Positions 7,316-16,102 of a DNA stretch of 19,355 bases are shown piece after piece. Every line of letters begins with the position of its first letter. Positions within the stretch are counted from its first letter, which is position 1. The notes beneath the pieces are model-generated. The model saw only the letters and a program-made list of their open reading frames with translations. It ran no database searches and had not been told where the DNA came from. The DNA is from an uncultured Dehalococcoidia bacterium (lineage in GTDB: Bacteria; Chloroflexota; Dehalococcoidia; Lucifugimonadales; UBA3495): contig CATMOE010000064.1 in the NCBI GenBank assembly GCA_950072105.1, positions 1 through 19,355 on the forward strand. Direction: 5' to 3'. A program made the translations under genes and the position numbers.

Positions 7316-8719
7316 ATGGATAAAGCGGATATTCCATTTCTAACCGTGGCTCAACTGTCCGAGCTTATCAAGAATCGCACGGTATCACCAGTGCAGGCGG
7401 TGGAAGCCTACCTGGACCGCATCGATAGCCTGAACGGCACGTTGTTCGCCTACCTAACCGTCTGCCGCGACGAAGCATTGCAGGCCGCCCGGGAGTCGGA
7501 GCAGGCTTTGGACCGGGGCGAGTATAAGGGCCCGATGCACGGCATTCCGGTGGCGGTCAAGGACCAGATCAACACCGCGGGGATCCGCACGACGACGGGC
7601 ACGCCCATATTCAACGACTTTGTGCCGGATCATGACGCCACGGTGATGGCCAATCTGAAATCGGCGGGCGCGATTCTCTTGGGCAAGCTGAACATGACCG
7701 AGTTTGGCACCACCAGCCTGTCCCACGCCTTCGATACGGCCCGCAATCCCTGGGACCCGAGCCGGTTTACCGGCGGCTCCAGTAGCGGTTCCGGGGGCGC
7801 CACGGCCGCCTTCATGTGCGCCACGTCCCTGGGTGAAGACACCGGGGGGTCGGTGCGTGGCCCCGCCGCCTGGTGCGGATTGGTCGGCCTCCGCCCCACC
7901 TGGGGTAGAGTCAGCCGATATGGGTTGAGGCCGGGAATGTGGTCCATGGATACCGTGGGCCCGATCTCACGGACCGTGGAAGACTGCGCCTTGACCCTGC
8001 AAGCTATCGCCGGACGCGATCCCAACGATTCCTACACCTGGGACGTGCCCGTGCCCGATTACCGTAGCGCGCTGAACCCCGACGTTCGGGGCACCAAGAT
8101 AGGCATACTGAAGGAGTTGCTGCACACGGACATGGTGGACCCCGAGATCCGGGACGCCGTGTCTCGCGCGGCCAATTCACTGGCGGAGTTGGGCGCGGAC
8201 GTGGAAGAGGTATCCATACCTCTTGCCAGCCACTCCAACACGATCTCCTCGATTTTAAGGGTGGAGGCCCCGACCAATTACCGGGACCTGATCCGAAATC
8301 GTTTGCAAGAGATCGAACACGACAACCGCATCGCCTACCTCACCTGGAGCATCACGCCGGCGCTGGCCTACTACAAGGGTTTAAAGCTGCGGGCGTTGCT
8401 GCGCCAGCATGTGCTGGAAGCGCTGAACAGAGTGGACGTACTGCTGATGCCGACGATGGGTATCGCCGCGCCCAAGGTCGAACCAGACCCGGTCATAGAT
8501 TCCATCGAGAAAACCACCCGGAACCGTGCCGGCATGACCACGACTTTCAGCCTGGCCAGTTCCCCGGCGGTGAGTATCAACTGCGGTTTCACCTCGGAAA
8601 ATCTCCCCATCGGCCTGCAGATCGGCGGCAAACCATTCGCGGAACAGACCGTCCTTAACGTGGCCTACGCTTACGAGCAAAACACCGATTGGCACAACCG
8701 CCGTCCGCCGATCGGCTAG
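7316..8719 (+). CDS. Amidase signature family enzyme (GatA-like catabolic amidase)
   Basis: HGIPVAVKD (Lys), GGSSSGSG (cis-Ser), GEDTGGSVRGPAAWCG (Ser nucleophile) and LPIGLQIGG. Confidence 0.93.
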   Translation: MDKADIPFLTVAQLSELIKNRTVSPVQAVEAYLDRIDSLNGTLFAYLTVCRDEALQAARESEQALDRGEYKGPMHGIPVAVKDQINTAGIRTTTGTPIFNDFVPDHDATVMANLKSAGAILLGKLNMTEFGTTSLSHAFDTARNPWDPSRFTGGSSSGSGGATAAFMCATSLGEDTGGSVRGPAAWCGLVGLRPTWGRVSRYGLRPGMWSMDTVGPISRTVEDCALTLQAIAGRDPNDSYTWDVPVPDYRSALNPDVRGTKIGILKELLHTDMVDPEIRDAVSRAANSLAELGADVEEVSIPLASHSNTISSILRVEAPTNYRDLIRNRLQEIEHDNRIAYLTWSITPALAYYKGLKLRALLRQHVLEALNRVDVLLMPTMGIAAPKVEPDPVIDSIEKTTRNRAGMTTTFSLASSPAVSINCGFTSENLPIGLQIGGKPFAEQTVLNVAYAYEQNTDWHNRRPPIG

Positions 8720-8772
8720 GCCTCGAGCATAGATTTACATTGGCGGGATCGTTCGACGTTCCTCCTCACGAT

Positions 8773-8839
8773 CGTCTTTCCGGCGTAGGCCGGAATCCAG
8801 GGAAGCGTCGGCTGGATCCCAGCCTACGCCGGGATGACG
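8773..8839. repeat. REP-like hairpin (CGTC..CCGGCG..GCCGGAATCCAG / CTGGAT..CGCCGGGATGACG family), copy 1
   Basis: Long imperfect inverted repeat. A related element lies at 12291-12418. Confidence 0.8.
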
Positions 8840-8895
8840 GACCGGGTATCAAGCCATAGGCGAGACAATTGACTAGAAGACAAGGAGGACCTAGG

Positions 8896-9249
8896 GTGCC
8901 TAAAGCCGAGTACGAGTTTTTCAACCACGAAGCCGTCCCTTGGACCCCGGTGGAGGCCGGTTCCGGCGCGGCCGCCGAGGGAATGGTGGAGAAGATCCTC
9001 AACTGGGACGAAGAGGCCGGAGTATCCACCAGGATGCTCAAGTTCCCCCCTGGCGTAGAGACCTCCGAAGTGATCTTCCACGATTTCTGGGAAGAGGTGT
9101 TCATCCTAGAGGGCGAGCTGCACGATAAATCGATCAATACCACCTTCACCAGTGGGATGTACGCTTGCCGCCCTCCCGGAATGCCCCACGGCCCCTACAT
9201 CTCGCCCATTGGCTGCACCACTTTTGAAGTCCGCTATTACCGCAAGTAA
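8896..9249 (+). CDS. ChrR-like cupin domain protein (117 aa; start revised to GTG 8896)
   Basis: HDFWEEVFILEG and GMYACRPPGMPHGP cupin motifs. AGGAGG at 8883-8888. Confidence 0.85.
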   Translation: MPKAEYEFFNHEAVPWTPVEAGSGAAAEGMVEKILNWDEEAGVSTRMLKFPPGVETSEVIFHDFWEEVFILEGELHDKSINTTFTSGMYACRPPGMPHGPYISPIGCTTFEVRYYRK

Positions 9250-9273
9250 CCCGGTACACCGGAGGTTCACCCT

Positions 9274-10461
9274 ATGGCAAGTTTGGCCGTCATCAACATC
9301 GGCGCCATAGTGTCGGGAGATCTGGCCCAACCGGTCCTGGACGGTGATTGCGTGCTGGTGGAGGATGGGAAGATCAGCGCCATCGGCGGATCGGACCAGT
9401 TGAACGCCAACACCGCCGACACAGTTATCGACGCTTCCGGCGCCACCGTCCTGCCTGGCCTTATTGACTCCCATTTCCACGTCGCCATCGGCGATTATCA
9501 GCCTCGGCAGAAAGTGGTGGACTTCATCGGCAGCTATGTTCATGGCGGAGTCACCAGCATGATCTCGGCAGGGGAGATACACACACCAGGACGGCCCAAC
9601 GACGCCGCCGGAGTAAAAGCCCTGGCAATAATCGCCCAGCGATCCTTTTCCGTCTTGCATCCCGACGGCGCTAAGGTCCACGCCGGAGCGGTGGTGCTGG
9701 AGCCGACACTACAAGAAAAAGACTTTGAAGAGCTAGCGGCGGAAGGTATCTGGCTGGCCAAATTCGGCTTCGGCAACTACCGGGATCCCTACGACGGCGA
9801 ACCCCAGATCAGGTGGGCCCAGAAGAACGGCCTGAAAGTGATGTGCCATAGCGGCGGCGCATCCATCCCCGGCAGCACCGCCATCTCGGCAGAGCATCTG
9901 CTGCGCCTCAAACCCGACATCTGCGGCCACGTCAACGGCGGACCAACTTCTCTGGACAACGACGGACTGCGCCGCTTGGTGGCGGAGACAGACCTCTACC
10001 TCCAACTGGTACAGGCAGGGAACCTTCGCTCATCCCTCTTCATCTTGGACTTGGCGCAGGAACACAAAGCGATGGAACGGGTAGTAGTCGGCAGCGACAC
10101 GCCAACAGGAACGGGCATGATGCCACTTGGGGTGATCAAAACGGTCACCGAGCTGTCTTCTTTGGGAGGCATCCCGGCCGCCACGGCATTGTGTTTGGCT
10201 ACCGGCAACAACGCAAAGGCCTGGGGATTGAACTCGGGAATCATCGCTCCAGGCAAAGACGCCGACCTGCTTATCGCCGACGCTCCCAACGGCTCGACCC
10301 GGAGCGACCTGTTTTCCGCCATGGAGAACGGCGACGTTCCCGGGATTGGAGTTGTAATCATAGACGGCGAAATCAGGGTCGTCCGCAGCCGCAACACACC
10401 GCCACCCGCCAAGGTCCCCCTGGTGCTAAAACAACCCACGCCTCCCCTGCCCAGCTTCTAG
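9274..10461 (+). CDS. Enamidase-like binuclear amidohydrolase
   Basis: PGLIDSHFH, GDYQPRQ, HGGVTSMISAGE.H.PGRP, HSGGASIPGS, HVNGGPT, GSDTPTGTG and SRNTPP. From recall these closely resemble Eubacterium barkeri enamidase. Confidence 0.85.
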   Translation: MASLAVINIGAIVSGDLAQPVLDGDCVLVEDGKISAIGGSDQLNANTADTVIDASGATVLPGLIDSHFHVAIGDYQPRQKVVDFIGSYVHGGVTSMISAGEIHTPGRPNDAAGVKALAIIAQRSFSVLHPDGAKVHAGAVVLEPTLQEKDFEELAAEGIWLAKFGFGNYRDPYDGEPQIRWAQKNGLKVMCHSGGASIPGSTAISAEHLLRLKPDICGHVNGGPTSLDNDGLRRLVAETDLYLQLVQAGNLRSSLFILDLAQEHKAMERVVVGSDTPTGTGMMPLGVIKTVTELSSLGGIPAATALCLATGNNAKAWGLNSGIIAPGKDADLLIADAPNGSTRSDLFSAMENGDVPGIGVVIIDGEIRVVRSRNTPPPAKVPLVLKQPTPPLPSF

Positions 10462-10480
10462 CCTGCACACGAGTAGACGC

Positions 10481-10536
10481 GCCACAGCGACACAGAGGCT
10501 TTTTTATTTTCTCCGGGCTCTCTGCGTCTCTGTGGC
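10481..10536. repeat. CACAGAG-type palindromic repeat, copy 2, between convergent genes (possible bidirectional terminator)
   Basis: GCCACAGCGACACAGAG...T-rich...CTCTGCGTCTCTGTGGC. Confidence 0.75.
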
Positions 10537-10555
10537 TATCCTAGATGGCTCAATC

Positions 10556-11962
10556 TTAGATCGACGGCCGCTGCTCAAACCAACGGGCTTCCTGTTGGTA
10601 GGCATAGGCGGCGCGGATGACTCCGGGCTCGTCGAAGGGTTTGCCGGCGATCTGCATCCCAACGGGCAGGCCGGACGCCGTGAAGCCGCAGGGGACGGAG
10701 ATAGCCGGGAGACCCGTCAGGTTGAAGGGAGCGGTAAAGCTGGGACCCCTGACCGTGCTGGTAGCGTCGTAGCCCTCAAAGGCCGGCGCCGGTTGGGTCA
10801 TGGTTGGTGTGACCAGAACGTCCACCTTCTGCAAAACCTCGGCGAACTCCCGGTTGACCAGCTTTCGGACCCGCTGCGACTGCACGTAATCGCTGGCGCT
10901 GAACAGCCCGCCGATACGGAACCGGGCGCGCACCATCTCGCCGAAGTCGTGGGGCCTTGTCCGCAGATTCTTCTCGTGAAAGGCGAAGGCCTCGCTGAGC
11001 ATGATGACTGAGTTGGCCGCCCGAACGTATTCCAGGCTCGGTATCGTCACTTCCTGGAGGTTCGCCCCCAGACCTTCCAGCACCTTCAGTCCTTTTTCCA
11101 CCGTGGCGACGACCTCCGGGTTCACGTTCTCGTGGGGGGCGTAGAAGAAGTGGCGGGGAACGCCGATGGTCAGACCCTTGATGTCTTCCCTTAGCGATAG
11201 CGAGTAGTCCGGCACGGGGGCAGTGCTGGTAGTGGGGTCCTTGGGGTCGTACCCGGCCAGCGCCTGCATCATGTATGCCGCATCTTCCACCGTCCAGGTC
11301 ATGGGACCGCAATGGTCTTGGGACCAACTCAGGGTTACCACCCCCGCCCGGCTCACCCGGCCATAGGTTGCCTTCAATCCCACGATGCCGCACAGGGAAG
11401 CCGGGCCACGGATCGACCCGCCGGTGCATGATCCCAACGCGGCCATCGCCTGACCCGAAGCCACGGCAGACCCGGAGCCGCTACTGGAGCCTCCAGTGAT
11501 ATGGTCCAGGTTCCAGGGGTTACGGGCCGGAGGGAAGGGCGTGGTGAAGTCGGGCCCACCCAGAGCGAACTCGTGCATCGCCAGCTTGCCCAAGAGAATG
11601 CCTCCGGCGGCTTTCAGTCGGGCCGTGGTGGTGGCATCCTCCGTGGGCACCCGGTCGATATACACCTTGGAACCGGCCGTGGTCGTAACCCCGGCAGTGT
11701 CGTACAGGTCTTTCAGGGCGAAGGGGATACCGTGCAAAGGTCCCTTGTAGCCGCCACGGCGTATCTCTGCTTCGGCAAGCCGGGCGTCATCCAGAGCCTG
11801 TTCTTTCAATACGATGATGTACGAGTGCAGCCGGTCGTCGGTGGCTGCGATGCGGTCTAGGAACGCTTGGGTCAGCTCCACCGGAGACAGTTGCCCGCTT
11901 TTCAGTAACCCGGCCGCCTCTCTGATGGTGAGATGATAAAGGTTAGCTTGGGAAGTCGTCAT
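10556..11962 (-). CDS. Amidase signature family enzyme (GatA/AtzE-like; likely start ATG 11962)
   Basis: HGIPFALKD, GGSSSGSG, GSCTGGSIRGPASLCG and GLPVGMQIAG. GAGGGG sits 8 nt upstream of ATG 11962. Confidence 0.93.
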   Translation of the reverse strand: MTTSQANLYHLTIREAAGLLKSGQLSPVELTQAFLDRIAATDDRLHSYIIVLKEQALDDARLAEAEIRRGGYKGPLHGIPFALKDLYDTAGVTTTAGSKVYIDRVPTEDATTTARLKAAGGILLGKLAMHEFALGGPDFTTPFPPARNPWNLDHITGGSSSGSGSAVASGQAMAALGSCTGGSIRGPASLCGIVGLKATYGRVSRAGVVTLSWSQDHCGPMTWTVEDAAYMMQALAGYDPKDPTTSTAPVPDYSLSLREDIKGLTIGVPRHFFYAPHENVNPEVVATVEKGLKVLEGLGANLQEVTIPSLEYVRAANSVIMLSEAFAFHEKNLRTRPHDFGEMVRARFRIGGLFSASDYVQSQRVRKLVNREFAEVLQKVDVLVTPTMTQPAPAFEGYDATSTVRGPSFTAPFNLTGLPAISVPCGFTASGLPVGMQIAGKPFDEPGVIRAAYAYQQEARWFEQRPSI

Positions 11963-12021
11963 TGTTGCCACCCCTCGGTATATTCGGCATTAAATATGGG
12001 TTCAAGTCGCCAACCGGCGAA

Positions 12022-12228
12022 TTAAGCAGACGGCCATTCGGGGTGAAAATTCAAGCCGATCTCTTCGGCCTGCAGATCGATGGAGTGCAGTTGCTGGATG
12101 TAATGGGAGTACATGTCGTACAAAGGCTTCAACTGGTCCAACTCTTCTTGGCTCATGCCAAGCCCGGCGCGATCGCTCATGAGCTTGAACTCTTCGGGAG
12201 TTACCTTGTCGCCTGGTGAAGTTGCCAT
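12022..12228 (-). CDS. GatC/AtzG-like small amidase partner subunit (68 aa)
   Basis: VTPEEF..MSDRAGLGMSQEELDQL...Y....QQLHSIDL..EE matches the GatC helical pattern. AGGAG RBS, and it lies directly upstream of the amidase. Confidence 0.7.
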   Translation of the reverse strand: MATSPGDKVTPEEFKLMSDRAGLGMSQEELDQLKPLYDMYSHYIQQLHSIDLQAEEIGLNFHPEWPSA

Positions 12229-12290
12229 AGCGTTGCTCTCCTGTATGAGACTTTCAATCTATGAACCAGATCGCATATCGGACAGGCTTT

Positions 12291-12418
12291 CGTCATTCCG
12301 GCCCTTCCGCCGAAGGGGAATCCAGTAATGTCCGCCATTCCGTTCGATGCGGTCCTTCTTCAGTGTCCTCTGGATTCCCGCCTGCGCGGGGATGACGGTT
12401 GAATCGCGGGAACGACGG
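12291..12418. repeat. REP-like hairpin of the same family as 8773-8839, with a partially duplicated right arm
   Basis: CGTCATTCCG...GGAATCCAG ... CTGGATTCCCGCCTGCGCGGGGATGACG, then CGCGGGAACGACGG. Confidence 0.75.
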
Positions 12419-12646
12419 ATGGCCCTTTAAGCCGGTTTCAACAATTACGACACTTTGGTCTTTCTTGTTTTCGCCGATGGAATCTGGACTACCGTCAGGA
12501 AATTGTTCCTCGGCGGCTCAACGTGATACCGTGGGCGCATAGGAGATAATGGCTCTCCTGAAATCCAGCCGGTCTCCTGCACGGCCCTAGTTTACACCAG
12601 CATGGTTTAGGGTCAACCGCCGTCACACTGTTCTCGAGGAAGAAAT

Positions 12647-13873
12647 ATGCAGCCTTTAGAAGGCATCAGGGTCCTTAGCGTCACCGTTTACCTGGCGGGG
12701 CCGTTCTGCGCCATGAACCTAGCTCGGTTGGGCGCGGAAGTCATCAGGGTGGAGATTCCCGGAAGGGGCGACCCAGTGCGGGGAAACGGTCCATTCGTCG
12801 GGGCCGACGGCTGGCACGACGAACCCCAGAACAGCAATGACCTTTCGACTCGTTTTCTCAAGCGGGCCCAGGGAGTTAAGAGCGTGACCTTGGACCTGAA
12901 GCATCCCCAGGGCAAGGAGATGTTTCTTGGACTCGCCAAGTCCTGCGACGTGGTCCTGGAAAACCTGGCTCCGGGCTCGATGCGGCGCTTGGGACTGGGC
13001 TACGAAGAGCTTTCCCAGGCTAACTCCGGCATCGTCTACGCCTCCATATCCGGTTACGGACAAACCGGCCCTTACTCCGCCAAACCGGCCCACGACCCCC
13101 AGATCCAAGGGATGAGTGGCCTCATGGACATCAACGGCGACGCTGATGGACCGCCCACCAGAGTCGGATTTTACATCGGCGACCTAGTCACGCCCCTGTT
13201 TGCCTGCTACTCCATCCTGGCCGCCCTCCGGGAAAAGGACCGTACCGGCCAAGGCCAGTACCTGGACGTTTCCATGATGGATACCCTGGTGTCTCTCATG
13301 TTCATGGAGAATCTGGAGGAAAACATCGAGTTCGGCCAGCCACTACGCACCGGCAACATCAGCCGCAGCGGCCCCACCGGTCTATATCACGCCAGCGACG
13401 GGGACCTTTCCCTTACCGTCACCAGCGACGATCAATGGGCCAGACTGGCCCGGGCGTTGGACGCCCCCCAATTCTTGGACGACCCTCGTTTTGAAAGTTT
13501 TGTAACCCGCACGGCCAACGTGGAGGAGGCGCGGCAGCAGATCCAGGCAATCATCGGCGAGTTTACGCTGGAAGAAGCCCTGGATCGCCTTGAGAGCCAT
13601 GATGTGCCCTGCGCCCAGGTGCGCACCGCTGAACAAGTTATGAACGACCAGCACTTCTGGGACCGGGGCAGTCTGGTGCCCATGCGCCACGCCGGATTGC
13701 CCGAACCGGTAAAGGGCGTTGCTTCAGGCTTCCCGGTGATCTTTTCCGGAGGACCTCTGCCGGAGATGGCAGGCGCGCCAACGTTGGGGATGCACAACGG
13801 GGAAATCTTCTCCAAGCTTCTGGGCCTGGATGAAACTGACCTGGCCGGCCTCAAAGAAAGTGGCGTGATTTAG
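12647..13873 (+). CDS. Class III CoA-transferase (CaiB/BaiF/Frc family)
   Basis: PLEGIRVL, AGPFCAMNLARLGAEVIRVE, KSVTLDLK, DVVLENLAPG, SISGYGQTGPY and catalytic Asp in GFYIGD. Confidence 0.93.
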   Translation: MQPLEGIRVLSVTVYLAGPFCAMNLARLGAEVIRVEIPGRGDPVRGNGPFVGADGWHDEPQNSNDLSTRFLKRAQGVKSVTLDLKHPQGKEMFLGLAKSCDVVLENLAPGSMRRLGLGYEELSQANSGIVYASISGYGQTGPYSAKPAHDPQIQGMSGLMDINGDADGPPTRVGFYIGDLVTPLFACYSILAALREKDRTGQGQYLDVSMMDTLVSLMFMENLEENIEFGQPLRTGNISRSGPTGLYHASDGDLSLTVTSDDQWARLARALDAPQFLDDPRFESFVTRTANVEEARQQIQAIIGEFTLEEALDRLESHDVPCAQVRTAEQVMNDQHFWDRGSLVPMRHAGLPEPVKGVASGFPVIFSGGPLPEMAGAPTLGMHNGEIFSKLLGLDETDLAGLKESGVI

Positions 13874-13919
13874 AGCAGCCTTTCGGGCCTCGACCCATTC
13901 AAATATTCAAGGAGGAGCA

Positions 13920-14753
13920 ATGGTCACACCGGAGCAACGGGTCGTCGTTCTTCAGGCGGAAGTGGAAGCGTTCAAGACCTACTTGAGCTCCCTCCCCGCC
14001 GAAGCCTGGAACCAGCCCAGCGCCTGCGAGGGTTGGACGGTGGCCGACGTGGTTGCCCACTTGAACGGGCAGGACTTTGCGTCTCGAGTTACCAGGGGAT
14101 TGGGAGGCGATGCCTCGCCGCCGGAAGGCTCCCCATCGGTGGAAGATCACGACGAGGACCGCTTCGCCGAAAACATCTTTCAACGGGCTTTGTCGAATCG
14201 GGAACGATTCGGCGAAAACTTGCTAGGATCTTTGATTCAACGACTCGACGAGTCTGTCCAGGTGTTCCACACCGTTGGACCGGAGGACTGGGATAAGCCT
14301 TGCTACTGGCCTCCGGGCCCCGAACCGGTGCGAACAATGTTGGATATGCGGATCGGCGAGTTAACGATGCACGTTTGGGATATCCGTTACACCATCGACG
14401 GCTATTACCACCTGTCCGGCGACAATGTCAACGTGCTGATAGACACCGTCGGCCGGGCCGTACGCCGAGCCTTCCGCCCTGACGACTCCGTGGACGGCCA
14501 GATTCGCTACCGGTTCGAAATGAAGACGCCAATCACGGCTACCGCTGATATTGTTGTCGCCGCCCAGGGCACCCACGTTGAGCCTGCCAGTGCAGTCGCC
14601 GCTGACGTGACATTTCGATGCGACGGTGAGACCTACGTGTTGGTCATGTACGGCAGGCTCAGCCCTGAAGATGCCATGGCTCAGGGCCGATTGACCTTCC
14701 AAGGCGACTCGGAACTAGCCGGAAGCTTCGGACGCCGCTTCAAGGGAGGTTAG
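13920..14753 (+). CDS. Maleylpyruvate isomerase (MDMPI/DinB-like) family protein with SCP2-like C-terminus
   Basis: WNQPSACEGWTVADVVAHL, ELTMHVWDIR and C-terminal ADVTF...YGRL....A...GRL...GD. AGGAGG RBS. Confidence 0.85.
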   Translation: MVTPEQRVVVLQAEVEAFKTYLSSLPAEAWNQPSACEGWTVADVVAHLNGQDFASRVTRGLGGDASPPEGSPSVEDHDEDRFAENIFQRALSNRERFGENLLGSLIQRLDESVQVFHTVGPEDWDKPCYWPPGPEPVRTMLDMRIGELTMHVWDIRYTIDGYYHLSGDNVNVLIDTVGRAVRRAFRPDDSVDGQIRYRFEMKTPITATADIVVAAQGTHVEPASAVAADVTFRCDGETYVLVMYGRLSPEDAMAQGRLTFQGDSELAGSFGRRFKGG

Positions 14754-14798
14754 GGCGTTGGCGCAACTCCCTGCCGGAATCACCCGGGTGCTGATCCG

Positions 14799-15548
14799 AT
14801 GAAACGAGCGCTGGTGATCCGCCACTCCGCGGCCGAAACTCTGGCCGCAAACTTCACATCGGTTCTGCGATCTGAGAACTTTGAACTGGAGCCGCTAAAC
14901 ATCTTCGACGATGCTCCCGGCTACCGATCGTTCCAAGCTCCCCCCTTGGAGGACATCAGCCTAATCATCGCTCTGGGCGGTCCCATGTCGGCCAACCACG
15001 ACTACCCGGCGCTGCGCGTAGAACGCGAGTACTTAGGAAACGCGATGGCCGCGGGAAAGCCGGTGATGGGCATCTGTCTCGGCGCCCAGATCATGGCCCA
15101 GGCGCTGGGTGGCAAGGTAGAGCCAACGGGCGGATACCAGTTCGGACTGACCAGGCTGTTGATCACCGAGGAAGGCGCCGCTGATCCGGTGTTCGGCAAG
15201 ATCGGCGTGCCCCTGGCGCCCACCCTGCACGGCGACCGTTTTAGCACCCCCAAGGATGCGGTTAAGCTGGCCGAAGGGTATATGCTTTGCCGGGATGGCA
15301 CTTACCGCCGAATCGACATGGCCTTTCGGTACAATGATTCCTACGCCTTCCAATTCGAACCCCAGCTTACGTTGGAAGAATTGAAGGTATGGAACAAAGA
15401 GTTCCCAGAAGATTATGAACTGATGGGGGACCGGTTCGACTCTAGGGAGGAGTCTGCCCGAAACCTGCGGGAGTTCGCCAAGTTTGCTCCCCACCACGAG
15501 GCTCAGATGCGGAAGATGTTACTGGCTTTTTTGCGGAACGTGGTTTAG
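14799..15548 (+). CDS. Type 1 glutamine amidotransferase-like protein with atypical triad
   Basis: LGGPMSA, KPVMGICLGAQ (Cys93) and LHGDRF. It has AFQFEPQ in place of the canonical QFHPE. Confidence 0.88.
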   Translation: MKRALVIRHSAAETLAANFTSVLRSENFELEPLNIFDDAPGYRSFQAPPLEDISLIIALGGPMSANHDYPALRVEREYLGNAMAAGKPVMGICLGAQIMAQALGGKVEPTGGYQFGLTRLLITEEGAADPVFGKIGVPLAPTLHGDRFSTPKDAVKLAEGYMLCRDGTYRRIDMAFRYNDSYAFQFEPQLTLEELKVWNKEFPEDYELMGDRFDSREESARNLREFAKFAPHHEAQMRKMLLAFLRNVV

Positions 15549-15609
15549 CGATCGGGATCATCATTCCATCATCCAGCGTGTCACTACCAATCATTGTGGG
15601 AGGACAAAC

Positions 15610-15999
15610 ATGGAAAAGATTCGACATAACCATCCGGACATCGCGCCGTCTGGTGCTTCATACAGCAGAACCGTGCGTGCCGGAAATCTTCTTTTCATCG
15701 CGGGCTGCACCGCCCGGGGCACGGAGGCTCAAGGCAAAGACTTGATGACACAACTGAGGGTCACTCTGGACCGGATCGTGCGTGTTGTAGCCGCCGAAGG
15801 TGGCACTCCGGGGGATATCGTCAAGATAACTACCTACGTCACCAGCATCGAAGAGTGGCGGAACGACACCGCCGCTCAGGATTACCTATTCGCGGAATTT
15901 TTCAAGGGCGCTTACCCGGCGAACACCTTAGTTGAGATTGGGGCTTTGGCCGAGCCAGGTCTGGACGTGGAGATCGAGGCCATCGCCGAGCTGGGATAG
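15610..15999 (+). CDS. RidA/YjgF/UK114 family protein lacking the catalytic Arg (129 aa; start revised to ATG 15610)
   Basis: YSRTVRAGNLLFIAG, DIVKITTYVT, YPANTLVEI and VEIEAIA. GGAGG RBS. Confidence 0.88.
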   Translation: MEKIRHNHPDIAPSGASYSRTVRAGNLLFIAGCTARGTEAQGKDLMTQLRVTLDRIVRVVAAEGGTPGDIVKITTYVTSIEEWRNDTAAQDYLFAEFFKGAYPANTLVEIGALAEPGLDVEIEAIAELG

Positions 16000-16102
16000 G
16001 TTCTCTTGGTGCAAGATTCGCCTTCATGTGGTAACTTGGGGCGTAATCAGCAGCCTGCCCCAAAGTTCGTTCCCAGTCAGGAAATCACCGTTCGGAGGTT
16101 CT

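Noticed and set aside
10556..12228. Housekeeping gatC-gatA of the tRNA amidotransferase
   Set aside because: No gatB is adjacent, the signature reads RGPA with HEFA rather than GatA-type RQPA with DEFAM, and the context is catabolic. No gene symbols were assigned.
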